A DNA stretch of 24,000 nt from an uncultured Acholeplasmataceae bacterium (GCA_964387195.1 CAYLVT010000005.1:1-24000); one strand, 5' to 3'. Positions 9,281 to 19,852 are shown, numbered from the stretch's first letter. Numbers and translations are program-made. The notes: generated by a model from the letters alone, not told the origin.

Positions 9281-9466
9281 ATGGCTAAAAAATCACAAAT
9301 AGTTAGACAACAAAGAAAAGCTAAGTTTTCCAGTAGAGCTTACACAAGATGTAGTATTTGCGGAAGACCTCATGCTGTATATAAAAAATTTGGTTTATGC
9401 CGTATTTGTTTTAGAGAAATGGCTTACAAAGGTGAAATTCCTGGCGTTAAGAAAGCCAGCTGGTAA
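9281..9466 (+). CDS. rpsN: 30S ribosomal protein S14 type Z (zinc-binding)
   Basis: 61 aa with [24 protein letters not shown] (two CxxC) and C-terminal GVKKASW. Confidence 0.96.
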   Translation: MAKKSQIVRQQRKAKFSSRAYTRCSICGRPHAVYKKFGLCRICFREMAYKGEIPGVKKASW

Positions 9467-9478
9467 GGAGGAAAAAAC

Positions 9479-9877
9479 ATGGTTATGACTGATCCAATCG
9501 CAGATATGCTAACGCGTATACGAAATGCGAATCAAATGCATCATGAAACAGTAGAAATTCCTGCTTCAAAGTTAAAACAAGATGTCTTAAGAGTATTAAA
9601 AGAAGAAGGCTTCATTGTGGATTACTTATTTGAAGAAGGGGCAAATCCTCAAGGCGTATTAAAAGTTACATTAAAATATAATAATAACGAACGCGTCATT
9701 AAAGGATTAAAAAGGATATCGAAACCAGGCCTTAGAGTTTACGCTAAGGTAGAAGAATTACCAAGAGTCTTAAACGGTTTAGGTATTGCAGTAATCAGTA
9801 CCTCTAAAGGAATTATGACTGATAGAGAAGCCAGATTACAACAAATAGGTGGCGAAGTACTCGCCTATGTTTGGTAG
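9479..9877 (+). CDS. rpsH: 30S ribosomal protein S8
   Basis: [26 protein letters not shown]; [20 protein letters not shown]. Confidence 0.96.
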   Translation: MVMTDPIADMLTRIRNANQMHHETVEIPASKLKQDVLRVLKEEGFIVDYLFEEGANPQGVLKVTLKYNNNERVIKGLKRISKPGLRVYAKVEELPRVLNGLGIAVISTSKGIMTDREARLQQIGGEVLAYVW

Positions 9878-9888
9878 GAGGGGAAATT

Positions 9889-10428
9889 ATGTCACGAATA
9901 GGTAATAAAGTGATTAAAGTCCCAGAAGGTGTAAATGTAGAAATCGAGAATAACTTAGTTACCGTTAAAGGACCTCAAGGTACTTTAACAAGACAGTTTT
10001 CTGATATGGTTGAACTTACTATAGAAGACAATCAAATTACCGTAAAACGTAGTGGTAACAGTGAGTTAGAAAGAAAGAATCACGGGACTGCAAGAGCACT
10101 TTTATCAAATATGGTAGAAGGCGTTCACACTAAATTTAAAAAAGAATTAGAAATTATTGGTACAGGATATCGTGCTCAATTACAAGGTAAAGTATTAACC
10201 ATTATGGCAGGGTATTCACACAACATCGAATTTGAAATACCAGAAGGCATCCAAGTAACTGTGCCTAGAAATACCGTTGTTATTATTGAAGGTATTGATA
10301 AGCAAGTCGTTGGAGAATTTGCGGCTAACGTAAGAAAGGTAAGAAGACCTGAACCGTATAAAGGTAAAGGTATTCGCTACAAAGATGAATACGTCAGACG
10401 TAAGGAAGGTAAAACTGCTAAGAAGTAG
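9889..10428 (+). CDS. rplF: 50S ribosomal protein L6
   Basis: [15 protein letters not shown]; [24 protein letters not shown]; start 9889 after AGGAGGGG. Confidence 0.96.
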   Translation: MSRIGNKVIKVPEGVNVEIENNLVTVKGPQGTLTRQFSDMVELTIEDNQITVKRSGNSELERKNHGTARALLSNMVEGVHTKFKKELEIIGTGYRAQLQGKVLTIMAGYSHNIEFEIPEGIQVTVPRNTVVIIEGIDKQVVGEFAANVRKVRRPEPYKGKGIRYKDEYVRRKEGKTAKK

Positions 10429-10438
10429 GAGGGGTAAA

Positions 10439-10789
10439 ATGATAAAAAAACAATCAAGTAACGCAATGCGTCAAAAACGTCATCTGCGTATAAGAAAACA
10501 TATTTCAGGTACACCTGAAAGACCAAGACTATCAGTATATCGCTCTAATAAGCAGTTTTACGTTCAACTTATTGATGACGTTAACGGACACACTTTAGTA
10601 TTTGCGCATTCAAGTGATGTTGGCAAACACGCAAACATTGAAACCGCAAAAGGTGTTGGAAAATTACTAGCTGAAAAAGCGAAAGAAAAAGGAATCACTA
10701 CAATCGTATTCGATAGAAGTGGTTACTTATATCATGGAAGAATTAAAGCATTAGCCGAAGCATTAAGAGAAGCCGGCTTGCAATTTTAG
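10439..10789 (+). CDS. rplR: 50S ribosomal protein L18
   Basis: [32 protein letters not shown]; start 10439 after AGGAGGGG. Confidence 0.95.
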   Translation: MIKKQSSNAMRQKRHLRIRKHISGTPERPRLSVYRSNKQFYVQLIDDVNGHTLVFAHSSDVGKHANIETAKGVGKLLAEKAKEKGITTIVFDRSGYLYHGRIKALAEALREAGLQF

Positions 10790-10798
10790 GAGGGAATC

Positions 10799-11308
10799 AT
10801 GCGTAAACAAAGACAAAGAAGAGAACGTGAAGTAGACGTATTTGAGGACCGCGTAGTCTCTATTAATAGAGTTACTAAAGTTGTTAAAGGTGGTAGAAGA
10901 ATTAGATTTTCAGCCCTTGTTGTGGTTGGAGATAAAAATGGCACTGTGGGCTTTGGTTTAGGTAAAGCTCAAGAAGTACCAGATGCAATTAAAAAGGCGA
11001 TTCAAAATGCAAGAAAAAACACAGTTAAAATATCTTTGGTTGGTGGGACTATCCCTCATGAAATCAATGGTAAGTTTGGTGCCGGACAAGTATTCTTACG
11101 TCCAGCAAGCGAAGGTACTGGAGTGATTGCGGGTGGGGCAGTAAGAACCATTTGCGAATTAGCAGGCATTGAAGATATTTTATCTAAATCTATTGGATCT
11201 AAGTCTCCAATTAACACCGTCAGAGCAACATTCAATGGTCTTGAAAATTTAAGAACCGCTGAAGAAGTTGCCCTATTACGTGGTGTAGAAGTTGAGAGGT
11301 TAATGTAA
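10799..11308 (+). CDS. rpsE: 30S ribosomal protein S5
   Basis: [34 protein letters not shown]; [18 protein letters not shown]. Confidence 0.97.
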   Translation: MRKQRQRREREVDVFEDRVVSINRVTKVVKGGRRIRFSALVVVGDKNGTVGFGLGKAQEVPDAIKKAIQNARKNTVKISLVGGTIPHEINGKFGAGQVFLRPASEGTGVIAGGAVRTICELAGIEDILSKSIGSKSPINTVRATFNGLENLRTAEEVALLRGVEVERLM

Positions 11309-11487
11309 TGAAACTACAAATCACATTAACAAGAAGTTTAATTGCTAGAAAACCTAATCAACGTAAAACAGCTCATGCCTTAGGACTTAGAAAAATTGGC
11401 CAAGTAGTTGTTAAAGAAAAGAACGACGCTATTGTAGGAATGATTGAAACAATCAAACACTTAGTAGACGTTGTAGAAGTGCATTAG
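11308..11487 (+). CDS. rpmD: 50S ribosomal protein L30 (missed by ORF track, 59 aa)
   Basis: [59 protein letters not shown]; TAATG overlap with rpsE; canonical position. Confidence 0.96.
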   Translation: MKLQITLTRSLIARKPNQRKTAHALGLRKIGQVVVKEKNDAIVGMIETIKHLVDVVEVH

Positions 11488-11496
11488 GAGGTTACT

Positions 11497-11934
11497 ATGT
11501 TACACGAATTAAAACCTAATGAAGGTGCAAGAAAATCAAGGAAACGTGTAGGACGCGGTATGGGTTCTGGTCATGGTAAAACTAGTGGTAAAGGTCATAA
11601 AGGACAAAAAGCACGTAGTGGAAACCAACCTCGCCCAGGCTTTGAAGGTGGACAAATTCCCTTCTTCCAACGTATTCCTAAACGTGGATTTAAAAATGTG
11701 AACCATATCGAATACGCTACGATAAACTTAAAAGATTTAAACGTATTTGAAGATGATGATGTGGTAACACCAGAAGTATTATTAGAAAAGAGAATTATTA
11801 GAAAGTTAAACTCAGGGTTAAAAGTATTAGCTTATGGAACGTTAGAGAAAAAACTAACCGTTCGTGCACATGCTTTTTCAAAAAATGCTCTTGATGCGAT
11901 TAATCAAGCAGGCGGAACCGCAGAGGTGATCTAG
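11497..11934 (+). CDS. rplO: 50S ribosomal protein L15
   Basis: [39 protein letters not shown]. Confidence 0.97.
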   Translation: MLHELKPNEGARKSRKRVGRGMGSGHGKTSGKGHKGQKARSGNQPRPGFEGGQIPFFQRIPKRGFKNVNHIEYATINLKDLNVFEDDDVVTPEVLLEKRIIRKLNSGLKVLAYGTLEKKLTVRAHAFSKNALDAINQAGGTAEVI

Positions 11935-11935
11935 T

Positions 11936-13222
11936 ATGAGTACTTTTAGAGCCATTTTTTCAAACACAAAGCTGTTAGTAAAAATTGGGATTACCATACT
12001 CATTCTATTTTTATTTAGATTATTAATGTGGGTACCCATTCCCTTAGTTGACACGAGTGGTATTGCAAATATTATTGATAGCGGCTTTATTGCCATTTTG
12101 AATAACTTCTCAGGGGGAGCCCTTGGTAGATTTTCATTAATGGCAATGGGTATTAGCCCATACATCACCGCATCGATTGTTGTTCAATTACTCCAAATGG
12201 ACATTGTTCCTGTGTTAAAAGAGTGGAGTGAGCAAGGCGAAAACGGAAAACGAAAATTAAACCGTTTAACACGAATCTTAGGGTTATTCCTTGCGTTCAT
12301 TCAAGGTATGATATTTGTTTTAGGTATGCGTTATTCAATTACTGATCCTGGTATTATGGATGGCGTACACGTTTATATATTTATCGCACTTATGGTTACA
12401 GCAGGTACAGCGATTGCGATGTGGTTAGCTGATTTAATCACACGTTATGGTATTGGTAATGGCGCAAGTATGTTAATTGTGGCAGGTATCATTCCATCCC
12501 TTCCTGCGATGGTTGTTGCACTTTGGAATAAATACATCATTCCTGGTGGTGGGTTAAATGTGTTCTTCTTTATTTTAATATTGGTATTATTCTTAGGAAT
12601 CTTAATCGCGGTTACGTATTTAGAACTTGCGAAAAGAAAAATCCCTATTCAATATGCAAATAGACGAAGTGGACAAGGACAAACAGACTCAAACTTACCA
12701 ATTAAGTTAAACACCGCAGGGGTAATTCCAGTTATCTTTGCATCAACTATTTTGTCAATACCTCTATCAGTAGCAGGGTTCTTTTCACAAGAATCAAGTG
12801 GTGGTGTCGGTTATTGGTTTAACCAAATCTTTTCCTACCATCAACCAATAGGCTTTGTCCTATATATGTTATTAATTTTGGTATTTGCATTTTTCTATTC
12901 GTTCTTAATGTTAAACCCAGAACAAGTTGCAGATAACTTATCAAAGAGTAATGCATACATTCTTGGGATACGTCCAGGGGCGGATACGGAAAACTTTGTA
13001 TCAAGATTATTATTTAAGATTACCATTTTAGGGTCATTATATTTAATGATTTTAGCAGCACTACCGATTATTACATCTGTGATCTTTAGCTTCACACCAC
13101 AAGAAGCACAAGTCATCACTATAGGTGGTACGAGCTTATTGATCGTTGTTGGGGTTGCTTTAGAAACATCGAAGCAAATTATAACTCAAGCAACAGAACA
13201 AGAGTATAAAGGAATATTTTAG
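11936..13222 (+). CDS. secY: Protein translocase subunit SecY
   Basis: 428 aa multi-spanning membrane protein; GISPYITASIVVQLLQMD; ANRRSGQGQTDSNLPIKLNTAGVIPVIFA; standard position. Confidence 0.97.
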   Translation: MSTFRAIFSNTKLLVKIGITILILFLFRLLMWVPIPLVDTSGIANIIDSGFIAILNNFSGGALGRFSLMAMGISPYITASIVVQLLQMDIVPVLKEWSEQGENGKRKLNRLTRILGLFLAFIQGMIFVLGMRYSITDPGIMDGVHVYIFIALMVTAGTAIAMWLADLITRYGIGNGASMLIVAGIIPSLPAMVVALWNKYIIPGGGLNVFFFILILVLFLGILIAVTYLELAKRKIPIQYANRRSGQGQTDSNLPIKLNTAGVIPVIFASTILSIPLSVAGFFSQESSGGVGYWFNQIFSYHQPIGFVLYMLLILVFAFFYSFLMLNPEQVADNLSKSNAYILGIRPGADTENFVSRLLFKITILGSLYLMILAALPIITSVIFSFTPQEAQVITIGGTSLLIVVGVALETSKQIITQATEQEYKGIF

Positions 13223-13230
13223 GTGATCAT

Positions 13231-13884
13231 ATGCGACTAATAATTATGGGTCCACCAGCATCCGGAAAAGGCTCACAAGGTCCTTTCATTGAGGCACATT
13301 ATCACATTCCTCATATATCAACCGGCGCAATGTTTCGCGAAGAAATCAAGAAAGGTTCAAAACTCGGACTTGAACTAAAAGCGATACTAGACAAAGGTCA
13401 ATTTGTAAATGATGAATTAACCAATGAAATGGTTAAATCAAGACTTTTAGAAGACGATGCAAAAAAAGGATTTTTACTAGATGGTTATCCTAGAACGGTA
13501 CCTCAAGCGTTATTTTTAGATGCGTTCTTAGAAAGCCAAGGCTTAAAAATAGATTATGCAATTAACTTATACGCTGATGAAGACTTATTAATTAAACGCG
13601 TTACAGGCAGAAGAACTTGCCCTAAGTGCGGCGCAATATATAACATTCATTCAGATTTAAGACCTAAAGTAGAAAACATCTGTGATATTTGTGGAACCAA
13701 ACTAGTTAAAAGAAGCGATGACACTGAAGATGTAATTAAAGAAAGGCTTGTAGTCTACCATAACAAAACAGAACCCATTATCAATTATTATAAAGATAAA
13801 GGAATCATTGTGGATGTAGATGGTGCACTATCAGCCGAGGGAACTTTTTTACAGTTTAAACAATTAATTGGTGATAAAGAATGA
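13231..13884 (+). CDS. adk: Adenylate kinase, zinc-LID type
   Basis: [12 protein letters not shown]-loop; LDGYPRT; CPKCGAIYN...CDICG LID zinc motif. Confidence 0.96.
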   Translation: MRLIIMGPPASGKGSQGPFIEAHYHIPHISTGAMFREEIKKGSKLGLELKAILDKGQFVNDELTNEMVKSRLLEDDAKKGFLLDGYPRTVPQALFLDAFLESQGLKIDYAINLYADEDLLIKRVTGRRTCPKCGAIYNIHSDLRPKVENICDICGTKLVKRSDDTEDVIKERLVVYHNKTEPIINYYKDKGIIVDVDGALSAEGTFLQFKQLIGDKE

Positions 13885-14627
13885 TTACCATTAAATCACA
13901 AAACGAAATCTCTCTCATGCGTAAGGCCGGCCACATGGTCGCCCTTACCCGTGAAGAGTTAAAAAAACACATCAAACCAGGCGTTACCACAAAACAATTA
14001 GATGAGATTGCTGAGAAGTTTATTTATTCTCTTGGAGGAATCCCCTCTTTCAAAGGATATAACGGGTTTCCAGGATCCATTTGTACATCAGTTAATGAAG
14101 TGGTAGTGCATGGGATACCTTCAAACACTAAATTAAAAGAAGGCGACATTATTACGCTTGATATTGGTGTTTATTATGAAGGATTCCATGGCGATTCAGC
14201 TTGGACGTATGGTGTAGGTAAAATTAGTGAAGCGGATCAAAAGCTATTAGATGTTACTCTAAACAGCCTATATGCTGGTTTAAAAGAAGCGAAACCAAAT
14301 AACCGCGTAGGTGATATCTCTCATGCGATACAATCTTATGTAGAACCATATGGATATGGCATCGTAGAGGAGTTTACCGGACACGGTATAGGTAGGGAAC
14401 TTCATGAAGATCCTTATATACCTAACTTTGGACAACCTAAAACAGGCGCCCTTTTAAGAAAAGGGATGACTATATGCGTAGAGCCAATGATCAACTTAGG
14501 AACAAAAAGGGTTAAAGTCTTAAAAGACAATTGGACAACCGTTACACTAGATAAAAAGAAGAGTGCACATTTTGAACACATGATCGCCATCACAGATGAT
14601 GGTTATGAAATTTTAACAGAACTTTAA
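13881..14627 (+). CDS. map: Type I methionine aminopeptidase
   Basis: [46 protein letters not shown]; ATGA overlap with adk. Confidence 0.96.
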   Translation: MITIKSQNEISLMRKAGHMVALTREELKKHIKPGVTTKQLDEIAEKFIYSLGGIPSFKGYNGFPGSICTSVNEVVVHGIPSNTKLKEGDIITLDIGVYYEGFHGDSAWTYGVGKISEADQKLLDVTLNSLYAGLKEAKPNNRVGDISHAIQSYVEPYGYGIVEEFTGHGIGRELHEDPYIPNFGQPKTGALLRKGMTICVEPMINLGTKRVKVLKDNWTTVTLDKKKSAHFEHMIAITDDGYEILTEL

Positions 14628-14637
14628 AGGAGGATTT

Positions 14638-14856
14638 ATGGCACGAGAAGATTTAATTGAAGTACAAGCAAAAGTTGTAGAAGTTCTGCCCAATACCAAG
14701 TTTAGAGTTCAACTTGAAAATGGGCATATCGTTGAAGCACATGTATCTGGTAAAATCCGTATGCACAACATACGCATCTTACCTGGTGATAGCGTTACAG
14801 TAGAGTTATCACCATATGATCTAACTAGGGGAAGAATTACATACCGTAGGAGGTAA
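14638..14856 (+). CDS. infA: Translation initiation factor IF-1
   Basis: 72 aa [51 protein letters not shown]. Confidence 0.97.
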   Translation: MAREDLIEVQAKVVEVLPNTKFRVQLENGHIVEAHVSGKIRMHNIRILPGDSVTVELSPYDLTRGRITYRRR

Positions 14857-14861
14857 TATAT

Positions 14862-14975
14862 ATGAAAGTAAGAGCATCAGTAAAACCTATTTGCGATAAA
14901 TGTAAAATAATTAAACGCAAAGGTAGAGTAATGGTTATTTGTGAAAATCCAAAACACAAACAACGACAAGGATAA
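14862..14975 (+). CDS. rpmJ: 50S ribosomal protein L36, zinc type (missed by ORF track, 37 aa)
   Basis: [37 protein letters not shown]; AGGAGG upstream; canonical position. Confidence 0.97.
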   Translation: MKVRASVKPICDKCKIIKRKGRVMVICENPKHKQRQG

Positions 14976-14987
14976 TAGGAGAATATT

Positions 14988-15353
14988 ATGGCACGTATAG
15001 CAGGCGTGGATATTCCACGAGAAAAAAGAGTGGTCATTTCTTTAACATACATTTATGGTATTGGAAGACCTTTAGCACAACAAATATTACAAGAAGCTAA
15101 CGTTGATGAAAGCGTTAGAGTTAAAGACCTTACCGAAGATGAATTAGGTCGTATTCGTCAAGAAGTCACTAAATATCACGTAGAAGGTGACTTAAGAAGA
15201 GAAGTTTCTATGAACGTTAAACGTTTAATGGAAATCGGTAGCTACCGTGGTATGAGACATAGAAGAGGTTTACCTGTTCGTGGTCAAAATACACAAAACA
15301 ACGCTAGAACCCGTAAAGGTAAAGCAAAAGCTATCACTAAGAAAAAGAAATAG
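14988..15353 (+). CDS. rpsM: 30S ribosomal protein S13
   Basis: [26 protein letters not shown]; [27 protein letters not shown]. Confidence 0.97.
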   Translation: MARIAGVDIPREKRVVISLTYIYGIGRPLAQQILQEANVDESVRVKDLTEDELGRIRQEVTKYHVEGDLRREVSMNVKRLMEIGSYRGMRHRRGLPVRGQNTQNNARTRKGKAKAITKKKK

Positions 15354-15365
15354 GAGGCATTATAA

Positions 15366-15755
15366 ATGGCAAAGAAAAGAAGAGTTACACGTCGTCGTGT
15401 TAAAAGAAATGTGCCACTTGGAATGGCTCATATTCATACTACATTTAATAACACTATCGTCACTATTACAGACCAAGCTGGTAACGCAATCGCTTGGAGT
15501 AGTGCCGGTGCATTAGGCTTTAAAGGGTCTAAAAAATCAACACCATTTGCAGCCCAAATGAGTGCAGAAGCTGCAGCTAAAGCGGCTTTAGATCAAGGTA
15601 TGATCAAAGTTGATGTAAGTGTTAAAGGACCTGGTCCTGGTAGAGAAGCTGCGATTCGTTCTCTACAAGCAGCGGGTTTAGAAATTACATCAATCCGTGA
15701 TGTTACACCAGTACCACATAACGGTTGTCGTCCACCAAAACGACCACGCGGTTAG
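15366..15755 (+). CDS. rpsK: 30S ribosomal protein S11
   Basis: [30 protein letters not shown]; [18 protein letters not shown]. Confidence 0.97.
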   Translation: MAKKRRVTRRRVKRNVPLGMAHIHTTFNNTIVTITDQAGNAIAWSSAGALGFKGSKKSTPFAAQMSAEAAAKAALDQGMIKVDVSVKGPGPGREAAIRSLQAAGLEITSIRDVTPVPHNGCRPPKRPRG

Positions 15756-15777
15756 TAAGTAAAGGGAGGTAATCATT

Positions 15778-16773
15778 TTGCAAGAATTAAAATTTTCTAA
15801 ACCAGATGTTAAAGTAGAAACAGACCCTAAAAACCCCAATAAAGCATCATTCACCATTTCACCGCTTGAAAGAGGCTATGGTACAACCATTGGTAATACA
15901 CTTAGACGTATTTTATTATCAAGTTTACCAGGGACAGCCATTGTCAATGTGAGAATTGATGGTGTGGAGCATGAATTTCAAACGATTGAAGGTGTTCATG
16001 AAGATGTCATGAGTATCGTTCTTAACTTAAAAAGAGTAATTTTCCATACCGATTCAATCGATTCAAACTTTGAAAAACATATTGAACTTCATGCGAGTGG
16101 TGAAGGCGTAGTTACAGCGGGTGATTTTAGCGTAGACACAGAACTCAAGGTGATTAACCCTGATCAAGTGATTGCTACACTTAGTGAAGGTGGCAAACTA
16201 TCTATGTTCTTAACCGTAAGACGTGGCATTGGCTATGTTGGTTCTGAAAGTAACAAGGTATTTTCAAATGTAATAGGTACGATTTCGATCGACTCATTAT
16301 TCACACCAGTATTAAGAGTTTCATATAAAGTAGATAAAACAAGAGTTGATAGAGATGCAAACTATGATAAACTAGAAATGGAAGTCGAAACAAATGGCGC
16401 ATTAAAGCCTCATGAAGCGGTTTCTCTAGCTAGTAAAATGATGATTGACTACTTAACGGTTATCGTTGATTTAGATGAGGCAACACATGAACTAGACTTT
16501 ATGGGTGAATCACCTGAAGCAACTGAAGATAAAAAGTTAGATAAACCTATTGAAGAGCTCGATTTATCCGTTCGTTCATTCAACTGTTTAAAACGTGCCG
16601 GTATTAATACCTTAGCGGAATTAACTAAGAAGAGTGAAGAAGAAATGATGAGAGTTAGAAACTTAGGTAGAAAATCATTAAAAGAAGTTAAAGATAAACT
16701 AGATGAATTAGGATTGTCATTCGCTCCAAGTTTTATTGGTAGAAAACAAGAAGACACTTCTAATGTAGAATAA
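15778..16773 (+). CDS. rpoA: DNA-directed RNA polymerase alpha subunit (TTG start)
   Basis: ERGYGTTIGNTLRRILLSSLPGTA; C-terminal domain LDLSVRSFNCLKRAGINTLAELT...RNLGRKSLKEV. TTG 15778 preceded by GGGAGGT. Confidence 0.97.
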   Translation: MQELKFSKPDVKVETDPKNPNKASFTISPLERGYGTTIGNTLRRILLSSLPGTAIVNVRIDGVEHEFQTIEGVHEDVMSIVLNLKRVIFHTDSIDSNFEKHIELHASGEGVVTAGDFSVDTELKVINPDQVIATLSEGGKLSMFLTVRRGIGYVGSESNKVFSNVIGTISIDSLFTPVLRVSYKVDKTRVDRDANYDKLEMEVETNGALKPHEAVSLASKMMIDYLTVIVDLDEATHELDFMGESPEATEDKKLDKPIEELDLSVRSFNCLKRAGINTLAELTKKSEEEMMRVRNLGRKSLKEVKDKLDELGLSFAPSFIGRKQEDTSNVE

Positions 16774-16782
16774 GGAGATATT

Positions 16783-17142
16783 ATGGCATATTCAAAATTA
16801 AGACGCTCAAGTTCTCAAAGAAAAGCATTATTAAGAGACTTAGTTACGGATTTAATCATTAATGAAAGAATACAAACGACTGAAGCTAAAGCAAAAGAAT
16901 TAAAACGTTTAGCAGATAAAATGGTAACTTTAGGTAAAAAGAATACCCTTCATTCAAGAAGACAAGCTGCAAAATTGATTCGTCCTGAGCAAGTTTCAGA
17001 AACACAAACAGCCCTTCAAAAGTTATTCGATGAAATCGCACCTAGATTTCAAGAACGTGAAGGTGGTTACACAAGATTATACAAAATCATGCCAAGACGT
17101 GGTGATAATGCACCCATGGCAATCATTGAGTTTGTAGAATAA
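16783..17142 (+). CDS. rplQ: 50S ribosomal protein L17
   Basis: [25 protein letters not shown]; [24 protein letters not shown]. Confidence 0.97.
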   Translation: MAYSKLRRSSSQRKALLRDLVTDLIINERIQTTEAKAKELKRLADKMVTLGKKNTLHSRRQAAKLIRPEQVSETQTALQKLFDEIAPRFQEREGGYTRLYKIMPRRGDNAPMAIIEFVE

Positions 17143-17151
17143 TAATTAATG

Positions 17152-17185
17152 GACTATTGTAGGTAACTATAATAGTCTTTTTTTT
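17152..17185 (+). terminator. Terminator of the S10-spc-alpha operon
   Basis: GACTATTGTAG-GTAA-CTATAATAGTC (11-bp stem with one G-U, GNRA-type tetraloop) followed by 8 T. Confidence 0.93.
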
Positions 17186-17220
17186 ATGTTTAAATGAAAT
17201 AATTATCAATATAATTATAT

Positions 17221-17302
17221 GTATAAATTATTAATTATACATAGTATAAAAAAATAGGCATGGTTATACTATATTTATAGATGCCATAACATAGTGTATA
17301 AT
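17221..17302. promoter_or_regulatory. pepF upstream region with alternating GTATAA/TTATAC hexamers and -10 box TATAAT (17297-17302)
   Basis: GTATAA 17221-17226, TTATAC 17235-17240, GTATAA 17244-17249, TTATAC 17264-17269, GTATAA 17296-17301. Perfect 9-bp arms ATAGTATAA 17241-17249 / TTATACTAT 17264-17272. Confidence 0.45.
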
Positions 17303-17329
17303 AGAATATATAATCATAAGGAGGCTTTT

Positions 17330-19015
17330 ATGACATTTAATGAATACATTTACAAAAGACCAGATGTTAAAAAAATAGGTGAAGAGTTACAACACCTTAT
17401 TAATGAATTTGCACAAGCGGATGCAAATAGACAAGAACAAATTATACGTAAATCATTTAAAATTATGGATGAGGTGTCTAGTATGGCTGTTTTAGCATCC
17501 ATAAGACATACCGTGGATACAAAAGATGAATTTTATTTAGAAGAAAGAAAGTATTTAGATGAAAATCAACCGCTACTTTCGAAATTTGCAAATGATTTTA
17601 ATCAGTTGGCTTTTAATAGTGTCCATAAGGATCACTTAGTCAAAGCGTTTGGTCAATATTTCTTTGACCAAATTGAAGTTGGACTAAAAGCGTTTGATGA
17701 AAAAATGATTCCTCTACTAATTGAGGAAAACAAGCTCTCTACGGAATATGATAAGCTGATTGCGAGTGCTCAAATTGAATTTGAAGGTAAAACATACACA
17801 TTAACGCAAATGAGCCCATTCATCCAACATATCAATAGAGATACTAGACATAAAGCACAACTTAAAGTTTCTGGCTTCTTTAAAGAAAACGAAGATAAGA
17901 TCGATGAAATCTATGACAAACTTGTTAAAGTAAGACATGAAATGGCTTTAATTAAAGGCTATGAAAACTTTATTGAACTTGGGTATTATCGTATGGATAG
18001 AACCGACTATAATCATGAAGATGTTTATAAGTATAGAGAACAAATAAAAGAAGTGGTTGTACCAGCGGTTTCTAAACTACACAAGAGAAAATCTAAACGT
18101 TTAGGTATTAAAGACTTAAAGAGTTACGATACCATCGCTTTTTTATCTGGTAATCCTACACCTAAAGGCACGAAAGATGAACTTGTCAGTGCCGCAAAAT
18201 TGATGTATAAAGAAATGAGTAAAGAAACCGATGAATTTTTTAGTTTCATGTTAAAACATGATCTATTTGATTTAGAATCAAAACCAGGTAAACGTGGGGG
18301 TGGCTATTGTACATACATTCCTAAATACGAATCCCCCTTCATTTTCGCAAACTTTAATGGAACAGCTCATGATGTGGACGTTCTAACCCATGAAGCGGGC
18401 CACGCTTTTCAAGTTTATTCATCAAGACATCATATCCCAAGCCAAAGATGGCCCGGTATGGAGGGAGCTGAGATTCATTCTATGAGTATGGAATTCTTTG
18501 CATGGCCATGGATTGATAAATTCTTTAAAGAAGATGCTAAAAAATATTATTTTACACATCTTTCAGGTGCGATTTCATTCCTACCTTATGGTGCTTTAGT
18601 TGATGAGTTTCAACATGAAGTTTATAAAAACCCATCCATGACACCAGAAGAAAGAAAGCAAACATGGAGAAGACTTGAAAAAATCTACCTACCTAATAAA
18701 GACTACGATGATGATTCATTTATGGAAAAAGGAACGTATTGGTACCGGCAAGGTCATATCTTTAGTTCACCATTTTACTACATCGATTATACGCTCGCTC
18801 AAGTGGTTGCGTTCCAATATTGGATATTAAATAGAGAAAACCATGAAAAAGCATGGCAATCTTATTATAAATTATGTACACTGGGTGGTACGAAAGGCTT
18901 TGTTGGATTAATAGAAGAGTCTGGATTAAATAGCCCATTTATAGAAGGCACCATTAAGAAAACCATTAAACCACTGATGGCATTCCTAGATTCTATTGAC
19001 GATACTAAATTGTAG
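17330..19015 (+). CDS. pepF: M3 family oligoendopeptidase F-like metallopeptidase
   Basis: HEAGHAF (HExxH) with downstream E-containing helix; start 17330 after AAGGAGG. Track start 17294 lies over the -10 box. Confidence 0.88.
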   Translation: MTFNEYIYKRPDVKKIGEELQHLINEFAQADANRQEQIIRKSFKIMDEVSSMAVLASIRHTVDTKDEFYLEERKYLDENQPLLSKFANDFNQLAFNSVHKDHLVKAFGQYFFDQIEVGLKAFDEKMIPLLIEENKLSTEYDKLIASAQIEFEGKTYTLTQMSPFIQHINRDTRHKAQLKVSGFFKENEDKIDEIYDKLVKVRHEMALIKGYENFIELGYYRMDRTDYNHEDVYKYREQIKEVVVPAVSKLHKRKSKRLGIKDLKSYDTIAFLSGNPTPKGTKDELVSAAKLMYKEMSKETDEFFSFMLKHDLFDLESKPGKRGGGYCTYIPKYESPFIFANFNGTAHDVDVLTHEAGHAFQVYSSRHHIPSQRWPGMEGAEIHSMSMEFFAWPWIDKFFKEDAKKYYFTHLSGAISFLPYGALVDEFQHEVYKNPSMTPEERKQTWRRLEKIYLPNKDYDDDSFMEKGTYWYRQGHIFSSPFYYIDYTLAQVVAFQYWILNRENHEKAWQSYYKLCTLGGTKGFVGLIEESGLNSPFIEGTIKKTIKPLMAFLDSIDDTKL

Positions 19016-19024
19016 GGTGTTTAA

Positions 19025-19462
19025 ATGAAAAGAATACTTCCCTATGTCATTATCTTTACGATTATCGGTTTATCATTAGGTATCTATTATAGAGAACTGA
19101 CGAAGTTTATGAACTTTTATGATACCGTTGGTCAAAAGACAATGTTATCGGTTGCCCATACACATACACTTGTGTTAGGGGCGATGATTCCCCTATTATT
19201 AGGGTTAATGCTTCATCAAACCAATAAAGACATCTCAGATATAAAAATACCTTGGTATTTATATATTATAGGTGGTTCACTTACGATTATTATGATCGTT
19301 ACAAGAGGTTCAATAGAAGTATATAATCTATCACTAACAAAAGGATTAGACGCTTCAATTTCAGGCTTAGCTGGATTAGGCCATACAATGCTTGGGGTAG
19401 GTTTGGTGTGGATATTGTTTAAAATAAGTACATTTTATCATAAAAAAGACGCAAGCATTTAG
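19025..19462 (+). CDS. DUF2871-like small integral membrane protein
   Basis: 145 aa with four predicted hydrophobic segments; YREFTKF-like 'YRELTKFMNF' and 'AHTHTLVLG' motifs. Confidence 0.65.
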   Translation: MKRILPYVIIFTIIGLSLGIYYRELTKFMNFYDTVGQKTMLSVAHTHTLVLGAMIPLLLGLMLHQTNKDISDIKIPWYLYIIGGSLTIIMIVTRGSIEVYNLSLTKGLDASISGLAGLGHTMLGVGLVWILFKISTFYHKKDASI

Positions 19463-19478
19463 CTTGCGTTTTTGTTTT
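19442..19478. terminator. Bidirectional terminator between convergent DUF2871-like gene and trxA
   Basis: ACGCAAGC-ATTTA-GCTTGCGT with T-run downstream on + and A-run (19442-19447) upstream giving a T-run on -. + strand gene stop codon lies in the loop/stem. Confidence 0.88.
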
Positions 19479-19496
19479 AATAGCGCGATATTCCGA

Positions 19497-19808
19497 TTAT
19501 AGACCAAGCATTTTAATCAGTTTATCTTTTGGATGGAAACCAACACCATTTTGTGTAACTTTTCCATTTTCGAAAACAACTAAAGTAGGAATGCTTCTAA
19601 CCCCAAACATTTGAGCTAGTTCACCTTGTTGGTCTACATTTACTTTACCAACAACTGCGTTTTCTCCAACTTCTTTTGCAACTTCATCAACGATTGGTAA
19701 TTGCATTTTACATGGCCCACACCAATCCGCATAGAAGTCTACTAATACTGGTTTTTTGCTGTTTAATACTACTTCGTTAAAGTTTTCTTTTGTTATTACT
19801 AATGTCAT
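19497..19808 (-). CDS. trxA: Thioredoxin
   Basis: VLVDFYADWCGPCKMQLPIVDEVA...FGVRSIPTLVVFENGK. Confidence 0.95.
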   Translation of the reverse strand: MTLVITKENFNEVVLNSKKPVLVDFYADWCGPCKMQLPIVDEVAKEVGENAVVGKVNVDQQGELAQMFGVRSIPTLVVFENGKVTQNGVGFHPKDKLIKMLGL

Positions 19809-19843
19809 AATATCATACCTCCATTTTTCTTGGTTCTAAACAT

Positions 19844-19852
19844 ATTATATCA
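19844..19852 (-). promoter_or_regulatory. Extended -10 promoter for trxA
   Basis: Minus strand TG-A-TATAAT (reverse complement of 19844-19852); no clear -35. Confidence 0.55.

Noticed and set aside
12819-13004. 61-aa alternate-frame ORF inside secY, plus ORFs at 15280-15516 (rpsM/rpsK) and 20876-21091 (ecfA2)
   Set aside because: Out-of-frame overlap with conserved CDSs, low complexity, and no supporting RBS context.
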